Origin: Dimorphilus gyrociliatus
Taxonomy: Eukaryota > Animalia > Annelida
Assembly: GCA_904063045.1 (NCBI GenBank)
Contig: CAJFCJ010000011.1
Location: forward strand, 496,001 to 560,000
DNA length: 64,000 nt
Reading direction: 5' to 3'
The notes under the pieces were generated by a model. It saw nothing but the letters and a program-made list of their open reading frames with translations. It did not search any database and had not been told where the DNA came from. The translations under genes and the position numbers were made by a program. Below are positions 13,705 through 24,905 of this stretch, piece after piece. Numbering within the stretch: position 1 is the first letter of the stretch; every line of letters starts with the position of its first letter.

Positions 13705-15633
13705 GTTTTTACATATTCCGCAAGGTTAAGCTAATTGTCAAACAAACAAAACAAAAATATTTTAAAAAATCTGTAATTATTTTACTAGACCTAAAATGTT
13801 TTGACTGGATCGATTTAGGACATTGGTGAGTTAATTGGGTCGGGATTACACGAATAAATGATTGATTAAAGATTGCATAGAACACATTTTATAATTTATT
13901 TGGTAGTGGGTTCTAATGGCAATTTATTAGGATATTAGTTGCGATTTTTTCTATAAAAATACTTTGAAAGCGTAAAAAAAACCGCTACTGTTGTGTTGTT
14001 CCACTCGTACTACTCCTTCAGAGCATCTTCGCGCCTTTCGGCTTTGGATCAACACCAGTGTTGTCACCTCAGCCGTCATCATTGTCGTCATCCTCGCACA
14101 CCGCTAGTCCTCCATCTTCGCCGATACGGCGAAAGGAAAGAAAAAACGTCAACCCTGTTTTCGTGTAGTCTTTCCTGGTGAGGTTGCTGGTTTGATATAC
14201 CATTATATTATCCATTTTCCCAACATACTATCTGTTGAGTAAATATTATTTCTATTGTTAAGAAAAAAACACTAGAACTATTACAAAAATGTCTAATATA
14301 ATACATACAAAAACCATCTTTGATAGTGTTAGGAATCCTCAATATATTTTTGATCGAAAAAGGAAATTACCCACCTCAAATAATTCAATCATAAACAAAT
14401 ATGGAAATTCAATTAAATTCAAATTTTTAATCCATCAGGGATTATTGTTTACATATTATTTCAAGATGATTTAAGATCGTAAATAAAAAGAAACATAGCA
14501 GCATGCATCTTCTGTTTGGTTAAGCAATAATTTAGAAAGGTGCAAATCGTTTTGTTGCTGTATATTGAAAACAGACACTAACACATAAAATATCTATCAT
14601 TTGAATCTGGTTTATTCTAGCCAGATGAAATAGAATAAGTTTTAATTGTGTATTATATTAGCACATAACTATCTAAATCATATTTATACATAGATTTTAT
14701 GTATGTATAAATAAGAACTTGAGACTTTTCCGTTTTTCTACTCTTCTTATACTTTTTCACCTGCTTGATATCGTTTATATCTTTTATTTTCACATTGCTG
14801 TATTATTCAATACCTGCACTCACCTACCCCCACCCCCCTTTCCGCTCCATCTCGAATTAAACAAACTAGGTAACCGTGTTTTTTTCATTATGCTTGTTTT
14901 TTTACAACCTTCAAACATATTTCGGATAATCTATATAAACTTGAATAACATAACTTAGATAAATTTTCTCTTTGAACAGGTTTGGGGAATGACTAGTAGC
15001 CCTTTGAAATTTTCAACACAATCCTCTAATAGATGATGGTTGGCTTAGATGTTGGCGAACGATGGATATCTTGTTTACTTTTCTTTTTTGCGGTGCTTGT
15101 TCAACATTCCGTTTATTTAAAATAATTTAACATTTGCATTATTTATAAAATTAAATTTAGCAATTTACAATTATTCACATCCAATGAAACTACAACTGAT
15201 TGAGTAACATACTGCCTAATAATAAATACAAAATCTAATATATATATACAGTATATATATATATATTTGTATATAGTAAAATTGAATAAACATACTAAAT
15301 ATATATATTTGAATTGATATATAGATATATACAGTATATAGGATTTTCTAACTATTATAACTGAAAACATATATACTTTGATTATGAAATATTTTCTCGT
15401 GCTTTGTTTTATTATTTGATAAGACTAATACAAAATATTAATTTGTAATGTTTATTAAAAGGGATTAAAAGAGAAAGGCCTAAGGCGTCGAGTTAGTTAC
15501 GTATAAAACAGGTCAATAAAGTGTTTTATATATCCATACATGAAGGTAAACTTCGACTGTATCGATTCCCAACTATGTCAAATTAGTATTATTTCTTTAT
15601 CCACTTCGGTCTTTCTTCGGTTTTAGAAGAACA

Positions 15634-16090
15634 ATGTCGAATTGGAATCTTGTTTGGCTTCAACAAAAACAAACACCGTCATACTCTAGACACGACGTCT
15701 TTCCGCCTGATTTCGTCCTTAATTCTTCAAACTGGAGCAGGATTAACGATAACAGTAAGATTTTTAGAGCTTTCAAGCAAGCATATTCTCATCTTTTAAA
15801 AGTTACTTCTAAAAAGATGATAATCTAAAACTTTCTAAATAAAGTTTTATTATTAATTAGAAACGTCAAAACTCCCGGTCACTAATGATCGTGTAGCGAA
15901 TATAGCGAAGCATACTGTATCGAGTTCAGCTAAGCGGGAGACGATCGACCTAAAACGGCACCACGTTCCGAATTACATGGAGATGAATAAATATTGCTGG
16001 AACAGAATGGATTTTATGAGAGATTCTACAAAGCGATTATGGACTGCTGGAGGGGCCGTTAATAGAGGAGGAACATCCCATTCCAAATAG
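15634..16090 (+). CDS. Hypothetical 116-aa protein, 2 exons: 15634-15754, 15861-16090
   Basis: ATG, phase-1 GTAAG donor and TAG acceptor give an open spliced frame (MSNWNLVWLQQKQTP..KTSKLPVTNDRVANIAKH..GGTSHSK*); the exons are more GC-rich than their flanks. I recognise no homologue. Confidence 0.55.
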
Positions 16091-17223
16091 TAAATCTAAC
16101 CTTTGACTACACTCTACTTGCCGCCTACTTTTCCCATAATTTTGACTAATAAGAAAATTATACGGTTGAGATTCTGTCCAATCAACTTGATTTTGCAAGC
16201 GTCTTGCATACGAATTTGCTTTAATAAATTATTGATAGAGAAGGGTAGAAGGGATTAGAGTTAGGTCGCCTATAAACCTTACATATTTCTACCCTAAAGC
16301 ATACAGAGTATGTTAAATGTAAAATAAAAATACACGGTACTATAAAATCCACCGTATATATTAGTATGTTATATGCAATATATAAATATAGGGAATAAAG
16401 CATTAGCCCACCATACAAACTAACAGGTATTTTCAATTACAGGCCTAGTGTAGACGGGTCAGGCAAAAAAACATACTGATTCAGTCTAATCTTTTGCCTT
16501 CTGTCATTCAAAAACGTTTTGATAAGCCGCGGGATGACCGAAAACATATACATGATGCTGCTCAAAGCTAACCTTGGCCATTTCCCTCGAATTTTCGTCT
16601 ACATATCCTCCCTCAGGCTTTTTTTTTTCTTCTTACCTTCACAAATTTCATCTTTTTTTCCATCCCTCGATCTCTATCATGGTCTCCTTTTTAATCATTT
16701 CGGCCTAATTCTGATCTTCTTAAGTGCTTTTCGTCACTCTTCAGAATTGTCGCCAGGACTCGCCTAAACGTTCTTCTTCGTTTCTTCTTTCGACAAAAGA
16801 CGAATGATCGCTGGTGTTTTATCAGACATTTCGTTTATATACGGCCTGATAGGCGTCAGAAGGGTTAAAAGTTATCAAAAACAGGGTTTTTGCGAAGGAA
16901 GGAGAGGCTTGGTCATAAACGCTGTTATAACCTCGTTGTAACAAAATAGAATGAGGAAAAATTGCACTATTTGCTATTGAAGAAAAAACGTTAACTAGCA
17001 ATAGATATGAGTGTTATAGTTGTTGTGTAAATACAACAATTATTACCCATTAAAAAGGAGAAGCGGTCATATGTTAAAGAAAAAGAGAATAATTTAGCTA
17101 TAAAGGGGGAAAATAAAGAAAGAAATTGTATCTATGGTGCGCTTCGATAATTATTATACGACCGTCTTGCGCAGTAGTCGACTGGCCGCTGCGCTATTGC
17201 AGCTTTGCAGTCGTGAGCCGAAG

Positions 17224-19250
17224 ATGTTGTCGAAAAGTATCTATTTCAGAAACTTGTTTTGGATAACTATACATATATTATTCTTAGGTAAGATTAATCA
17301 AAAGAAGACATTCCTACGATATTTACCTTTATTCTATCTTTCGTGCTTCTTTTCTTTAGCTGTTGTCACTTTTTAATTCAGGTACTAAAGCTATTAGAGA
17401 GGAGCTACAACTACTGAAGGACTTATTGAAGGATTATGATACGGCTGCCAGACCAGTTTTAAATCAATCACAGGTCGTTCAAGTAAAAATGGGCGTAGCC
17501 CTCTTTCAAATTAGAGATCTAGATGAAAAAAACCAATTCCTTCAAGTAAATGCATGGTTTCAATTCGTGAGTTCATCTCTTATCTTCATCTACTGCAACG
17601 TGCCTATTCCCCCTGAATTCCTTTTTTATGTCTCGTTTTATAGCATTGGTATGATCCTCATCTAACATGGAACGAATCGGACTACGGGAATTTAACGAAT
17701 CTGCGTATCCCATCGACACGCGTTTGGATTCCAGATGTTGTTTTATACAACAGGTATATGATTTCAATCGTTTAGAACGTCTTTTACAGAGATTCTGCTC
17801 CTTTTCTTTCTCGTTCGTACCCTAAGTTTTACTTATGTTTGATTTTTCTGCCTTTCATAAAAAAAAAAGTGTGGATGAAACAAAACCCGCAACGGAAGTG
17901 TTCGCTCATACAAATGCCATTGTGAAATCGGACGGAAAGATTTTATGGGTGGTACCGGCAATGATTAAGTCTTCATGTAAAATAGACGTTCGATATTTTC
18001 CCTTCGATGAGCAGAATTGTAGTTTAAAATTTGGTAGTTGGACATACGATGGTTTCCAATTGGATTTAACTAATTTAAGAGATACGGGAGATTTAAATAA
18101 GTATATAGAGAGTGGTGAATGGCATTTAGCTGGAATGCCAGCAAAAAGTAAGTTACATGAATTGTACTTTTACGGTATAAACTCAAAATCTTGATCAAAA
18201 ACTTTTATGTAATACCCAATTCCTCTAAAATTTTAAGCCTAATCCACATTTCCTTCTTTTAGGAAATGTCGAATATTATTCATGCTGTGTCGAGCCTTTT
18301 GTCGACGTTACTTATAGTATCATTTTGAGGAGAAAACCAATGTTCTACACCTATAATTTAGTGTTTCCGTGTGTACTTCTTATGGCTATAGGTGTTCTAG
18401 TATTTTGTCTTCCCCCCGAATCAGGAGAAAAAGTTTCTCTAGGAATAACCGTCCTTCTAGCCATGACTGTATATCAGCTACTTATTGCTGAAGCTATACC
18501 TCCAACGTCTGAGGTTGTCCCCTTAATTGGGCAATTTTTTGGGGCAACCATTTTTCTATTGTCACTATCATCTGCAATGACAGTAGTAATTATGAAGCTC
18601 CATTTTAATGGTGAACATGGTAATAGGCTACCAAATTGGATGCGTAAATTAGTACTTCACTGGATAGCACGAATGCTCCGCATGAGACAGGCTACAGTCG
18701 AAATACGTAAAGTAGGTGACGCCTATTTATCTAAGCACCAGAATTCTTTTTTCATTATTTCCTCTATATATTTCAACAATAATCCATTCCATCCATTCAG
18801 CCTTTGAGGGATTACGACAGAGAATTGCGAGCGGACTGCGATATATCTCTCGGCCTATTAGGCAATCATCGTGTGTCCGTCAAACAACCACCGGTTGCTT
18901 ACTGCAGGAAGCATCTTCATCATCATCAGCAACAAAATCAACATCAACATCAACAGCAGCAAAACAGAAGAAATATAGAGGAGAAGAGAAACGACCCTTT
19001 CTCATCTTCTGCTTTCGATAACTATGTGCCTTCCACAACTGGAGAAGCTCTACCAGAAATACTAAACCACGTTAGGCAAGTAAATGAGGAATTACATCAA
19101 AGGTACCTAACGAAGGAAATGGATGAACACTATAAGGGTGAATGGCGTATGGTAGCATTGGTGCTCGATAGATTATTACTCATTACCTTCTTCGTTATGA
19201 CAGTTTTAACTGGAGTAGTTATCTTTACTGACGTTCCGTATTATGACTAA
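17224..19250 (+). CDS. Nicotinic acetylcholine receptor alpha subunit, alpha9/alpha10-like; 6 exons
   Basis: Signal peptide, Cys-loop [15 protein letters not shown], loop B FGSWTYDG, vicinal Cys [11 protein letters not shown]2 [20 protein letters not shown] (Glu at -1', cation-selective type), M4 [13 protein letters not shown]. An in-frame upstream ATG at 17134 is also possible. Confidence 0.93.
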
Positions 19251-19675
19251 TGCTTTTCACCACGATCAATTGTTTATTAAAATTCAATTCTCCAATTGTG
19301 TTATTACTCATAATGCTAACTTTTAATACCGTTTTTTTGGTAGACATTCTTATTGAGTAACGTTAAATTGAAGCTATTTAAAAAAAGAAGATAATAATTG
19401 ATTTTAATTGACTTTAAAAATTTATTTATTATCAATATTGAACTTTCTTCGCAAATATTAGGAATTATAAGTGATACATAAAGCAACTCAAAAGTTCAAT
19501 AACATAATGATGAACGCGTTCGGTGATTGGATATATAAAACATATTGGCCAATCAACGATACTCTTACACTTAGAGCAGATGACTAAGTTCCCGTATGTA
19601 AACACACATTTGGCAATTTTCAAGAACAATTTGCTTAATTTTGTCTCATTTTCACATCTCGTATGACGATCAGAT

Positions 19676-20473
19676 ATGAACAATATGGTTGATCCATTTT
19701 TTCATTACCAGTTCAGATTAATTTTAATTGGTGACAGCTCTGTTGGAAAGAGCAGCTTGTTAAAATACTTTACGGACGGACAATTCCAGGATGTTTGTGA
19801 TCCAACCGTAGGAGTTGATTTTTTTGCGAGACTTATTGAAGTAGCACCAGGTGTGTAGAACCGTCTCACCGGACGAATTATATGCTTTATACATGAAATT
19901 TATGTAAAAATTTTTAGGAGTCAGAGTCAAACTGCAACTGTGGGATACAGCGGGACAAGAACGCTTCCGGTATGATATCGATATATTTTTTACTTTATTG
20001 AACATCAATAATAATAATGTCTTTTTCTTGAAACGATAAACAGCTCTATAACCAGATCGTACTACCGTAACTCGGTAGGAGTAATGATATTATTTGACGT
20101 AACGAAGCGATTAACGTTTGAAAATTTGGAGAATTGGTTAGAAGAATCTAAATTGCATTTAGAACAAGACAAAGTGTGCTATTTATTAATAGGCCATAAA
20201 TGTGATTTGGACTCTGAAAGAGTAGTTTCAGCCAGAGAGGCCAAGCAATACGCAGAATTTCATGATTTAAATTATATTGAAACTTCTGCAAAAACTGGCA
20301 AAAATGTGGAGGAAGCCTTCTCAACACTGGCAAAAGATATATACGATATGTTGCTAAGTGGTAAAGTTAAAGTACATCCTGAATGGGATGGTATTAAAGA
20401 AGGTTATAATAGAACACAAAGACCTCGAGAGGAATCTCCTCAAAGAACAGTCCAAAGTGGCGGGTGCTGTTAA
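19676..20473 (+). CDS. RAB39: Ras-related protein Rab39; 3 exons
   Basis: [56 protein letters not shown], C-terminal GGCC geranylgeranylation motif. Confidence 0.93.
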
Positions 20474-20997
20474 AAAAAAAAAAAAGAAAAGAAAAAAAAA
20501 ACGGAAAATATTAATACTTTATAGAGTTTACTGATTTATAAAGAATTTTCCTGTTAATCTCTTTTTTTTCTAGTTTAGAACTGTACATGTTTCGTTAAAG
20601 TTTATTTTTGCTCAAAAATCTACAGTGCAGTATAAGTGGCCTATTCATTTTCACGTGGCGAAAAGAAAAGCAAAATGAAAGAGAGAGAAAAAAAAAGCAT
20701 AAATATCATACATAATCCTCTTGATTATTAATCTATTTATCTTTCAAATTTCTTTTACCCCTCTAATTAAATACGGGTTTGTTTTATTACGTATTAGTAC
20801 AAAAATTTCGTCAATCGCGAATGGCTACCTATTTTCTTGACAAACATATTACTTGCAAATAAAAAAGGGCTATTTTCAATGAATAATGAATCATTATAGG
20901 AATTGTGGAAATATTAGGAATATATTTATATTGTTATTTTTTTTAATTTTCTTTAATAATATGTACAAAAAAATTGGAATATAATTGTATTTTTTGC

Positions 20998-21581
20998 CTA
21001 CATTTTCAGTTTGAAACGCAATCCTAAAGCAGCTTTATATTGAAAGTTCCCTTCCCAAATTTGATTTTCAGTATCTGTGAACTCTCCTTCACCAAGTAGT
21101 TTGTTGTTTTGAAATTGGCCTTCGTAAAAACAGCCGTTTGGCCATGTGTATTTACCAAATCCATGAAATTCGTTATCAACAAAATCCCCTTCGTATGTAG
21201 CTTTGTGGGGAAATGAAAGTTTTCCTAGACCATTCATTTTATCCCTTGCCCACTGACCTTCGTAAAGTGTACCATCTTTACTTAGGTGTTTTCCTATTTT
21301 AGAGTTTTGGGAGTTGTGAGTTAAGTTTTGAATATTACATACATTCATTCTCACCTCTTCCTTTACGTTCTTTATGACCACCATCTGTCTGAATATATTC
21401 ACCTTCGTATTTATCTCCGTTTGGAAACATAAAAACGCCATCATAGATTGTTGGCTCACTGTTATCGTCTTTTTTCGCCTTATCTTTCTTACCTAATTCA
21501 TTCCAATTTTGCATAATATAAATGGTTAATGTTAAAATTATTAAAATAATGATGTAAAATGTAATATACGCATTTACCCAT
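20998..21581 (-). CDS. MORN2: MORN repeat-containing protein 2; 3 exons (4-nt first coding exon ATGG, 21492-about 21353, then to 20998)
   Basis: MORN repeats (YEGQW, YEGDF, YEGQF); C-terminus GEGEFTD..WEGNFQYKAALGLRFKLKM resembles human MORN2 (..WSGNFHFTAAPDLKLKLHM). The start is inferred from splice phases; an alternative ATG lies at 21514. Confidence 0.85.
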
Positions 21582-21640
21582 TTCTATAGAGTTTTATCCA
21601 AAGGATGAAATTAAAATTGTCGCTGGCTCATAAAATCGAT

Positions 21641-21656
21641 TGTTTACATTAGCAAC
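21641..21656 (-). promoter_or_regulatory. Adjacent RFX half X-box (GTTGCTA) and forkhead (GTAAACA) sites upstream of MORN2
   Basis: Plus-strand TGTTTACATTAGCAAC, 60 bp upstream of the inferred ATG. Motif match only. Confidence 0.35.
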
Positions 21657-21840
21657 CGTAAAATACAAAATGAAAACTGGTAGATATTTTGTCAGCGCTC
21701 TTTTAAGAGTTATTTATTGTCAAAGTTTTAATATAAGATTAAACAATAATTTAATTTATTTAATTAAAAAAAAACTCCAAAATAACAACATTAAATAGAA
21801 CTGAAAACGACATAAAAATTATTTTAATTTTAAATACTTT

Positions 21841-23875
21841 TTATTTTTTTAACTCTTCACGACTCTTCTTCCTGCCTAACTTTCGTCGCATTCTCATTCT
21901 CTCTCGTCTTAGTCTTCTCATATTTCTATCTCTCCTGCCCATTGGCATTCTGCCTCTCATTCTTCTATTCATCATTCTCTTTCGGTCTCCTCTAGGTCTT
22001 CTTATCTGACGTCGTCTTCTACCATGCCGTCTCCTTTCTTCCTCTTCTTCCTCTGGTGGAAGATTTTCTGCATCATTTTCTGGTTCCTCTGACTCATCAG
22101 CAACTTCTGACTCTTTATCAGCTTCCTCATTTTCCATCTCGTCCGAAATTTTTCCTTTTTTGGATAACTTTCTCTTCTTTTCCTTCTTCTGTCCAATACC
22201 CTTTCCATCAGATTCTTCATCCTCGGCATTTTCATTATCTTCATCAGCAACAATCTCTTCTACTTCTTCATCTTCCTCCTCTTTTGAAGGTAACTTTCTC
22301 TTCCATTTATCTTTTTCATCTTCATCAGTGTGCGATTCTTCCTCATCATCATAATTAGCATCACCTTGTTCGTAATCGTCGTCATAGTCATCGTAATTTT
22401 CGTCATATTCTGAATCTTCTGGTGGCTCTTCTGGTTCTTCCTCTTGTTCTTCTTCAGCTTTACTGGCTTCTTCAGCCTCTTTCTTTTGCTACAGTTTTAT
22501 ACAATAATTAAAAATACAGTAAACGCTTCGCTCGCAAATTGTAGGTCTGGTTATCTACTAACCTTCATTTCATCTTCGCCTTCAGACATTGGTTTCCAGT
22601 TAGCTTCCCCATGCTCTTCGGCATATTGTTCGTCATTTGTTAATAATATGTTATCGAAAACGGATCCTCCCTTTACTTGCCACAGTTCAAATCCAATTCC
22701 TCCAATTTCTTCAAAATTCAGTAATTGAGGATCTGGGGCGTAAAGCGGATTTGGTACAGTGGGTCTCTTCCACTTTCCTTTAAAGTTAGGGTTTTTCATA
22801 TCTCTTGGTTTCCAGATGCCTTTATAATTTGGATTTTCTTGCATAGGTGGCTCCCACTCTCCATCCATTTCTGTATCCCAATCTTTTGGTTTTTCAGCCT
22901 CTGGATCAGGAATTAACTGATTCTCATCCCAATCCGAGGGTTTCGTGTCATTGGGATCTGTTATGTATTCTCTTTCATCCCAGTAGGAAGGCTTAGTAGC
23001 ATTTTCATCCTATATAAATAAGAGTAAATATCTTACTCTTTAGGAGAATCATACTCTTCTAAAACAAAAAAGTTTACCGGTAAAGTTCTAGGAAGCAAAA
23101 ATGCATAATGATCTTCTAAGATTCCTTCGTGCTTCACTTGATTGTCAATTTTCACTTTATAGGTCTTATTCGCATACATAACCATTGTATATAAGTGTGT
23201 TTTTCCATCATTCTGACAAAGCATAGAATCGTGAAGATATTAAATTTAATAAATATACGATGACGCTATACCTCACAGCTAATATTGTACTTATTTGCGT
23301 GATATTTTTCCTTATAATGGAAAATAAGTTGAACTTTTTTTGTTTCCTGACCACATATATCTGGACCAAACATGATAAAATAAGGAGAGGAGCCGTTAAG
23401 GGCTCTGTGATCTAAGGTAGCTGGAAATAGCTACAGAAAATAATAAGAAATATAATATATATTCTAACATAATAGTTTTATTAAACACCTTAATGTATCC
23501 CCCACCACACTCGATATCTTCGACAAACTTTACTTGATACTGAATAACTAACGTTTCATTTAAATTGGAAAAGGGCGTAAAATGTGTTGATATTGCATGA
23601 AATTTGTTATCATCTATCATTTTTAAGCCTCGATCTCTGTCTTGATCTCCATAATACTCTGGAGTTCCAAGCTCAAAACCTCCGGCTGCTTCTCCAAGAG
23701 CGTCTGATTTAATCCATGTTCTTTCCCAAGAATCATCTAAAAATATAATTTTTTAAATAGAAATTGCAATTTCAAAATACAGTTATTTTTTACTTTTGAA
23801 CTCCTCTAAGAACCATATTTTTCTTTCTGAACAAACTGTCGTGAAAAGGATGCTAAATAATAGTAGCATATTCAT
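21841..23875 (-). CDS. CALR-like: Divergent calreticulin paralogue with extended acidic plus basic C-terminal domain; multi-exon, last exon 22488-21841
   Basis: Signal peptide MNMLLLFSILFTTVCS; IECGGGYIK, YFIMFGPDICG; three KPxxWD and three GxW P-domain repeats; GFELWQVKGGSVFDNILL. No transmembrane segment, so not calnexin. Confidence 0.92.
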
Positions 23876-24905
23876 CGTTTAAAGTTTGAACGTCTACTAG
23901 AAAGCAACGTATCTCTTTAGAAACATTTTACCCATGACACTTGCAAACAGCTTATTGGTTTGAAATTTCAAGTTGTCTTAAAACTATTGGTTGGGAATAA
24001 TCGTGACAGTTATCTCATTTATATATAATAATTTTCATGCACAGTTTATTCAATTCCCTTTTTGCAGAACGCCATCTGTAAGTCAAATAAACTGCTATAT
24101 TGATCTGCAAAATGGCGTAATGCAGGTATATATTTTTTACGTATTTTTATATAACGTTTACAAAAAACGTTATATAATCTATTATAAAGTATATTTTCAG
24201 CAAGTTGTTAGTAATAAGAGCTTTTAAAGTAGAAACGTTGTATGTTATTAACATATCTATCATTGATAGTATGAATGGACAATCATAGATTAGAATTATC
24301 CTTTCGTAAGCACAAACACCTAATTAGCTGTTTATTGTCGCTGAGTTGTTATTGTTAGGAATTAGCATATACTTAAGAAATAGTTGATTTTTGACTTTAT
24401 AATACGAATTTATCGAACAATTGATATATTTCGGAAATTGTTGGCTTTACAGACAAAATAACTTTATTACAGCTTTGATTAAGATTTATAATATTAATAT
24501 AATAAAATGTAAAAAAATGGAATAACTACTACAATTTCTCTTTTCTACTTTTCTTTACTTGTTGTTACAACAATCGTTTATTTGACAATTTTCAATGATA
24601 CAATTTTCTATTTTTACTGTAATGTTTACGTTCTATATTAAGCTTTCACGCTGAAAAGAGCAACGAAAAGCCTAATTAACAATAAAAAATTCATTAAGTA
24701 CTCTTTCTTATTAATAGTAACAAAAGAATAGGATAGGCCTGAACCTTTATATTTATATAAATATATCGCGAATACTATGTGATAATAATAGACTCAATGC
24801 ATTGTTAAGCAAGAAAAGCTTTACCAATACTCTTCTCGTATTGAAATGTTCTCCAGTCTATTCTTTTCAAACCTGCAGCAACCGCCCTTAAGAGAATAGC
24901 TGAAA

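Noticed and set aside
14018-14215. Selenoprotein K-like reading (MVY.. start and DG-UGA-G)
   Set aside because: No TM segment or Gly/Pro-rich region as in SelK, and I found no SECIS-like AUGA/AA/GA element downstream.
4366-21840. Operon-like co-directional pairs (MRPL4-VPS72, nAChR-RAB39, CALR-MORN2) with 260-470 bp gaps
   Set aside because: Short gaps are the norm here, and two of the three spacers contain promoter-like motifs; spliced-leader data would be needed.
22002-22253. Arg/Met/Lys-rich alternative frame of the calreticulin acidic region
   Set aside because: It is the automatic +1 reading of GAA/GAT codons and is not reachable without a frameshift; the genuine basic tail is in the main frame.
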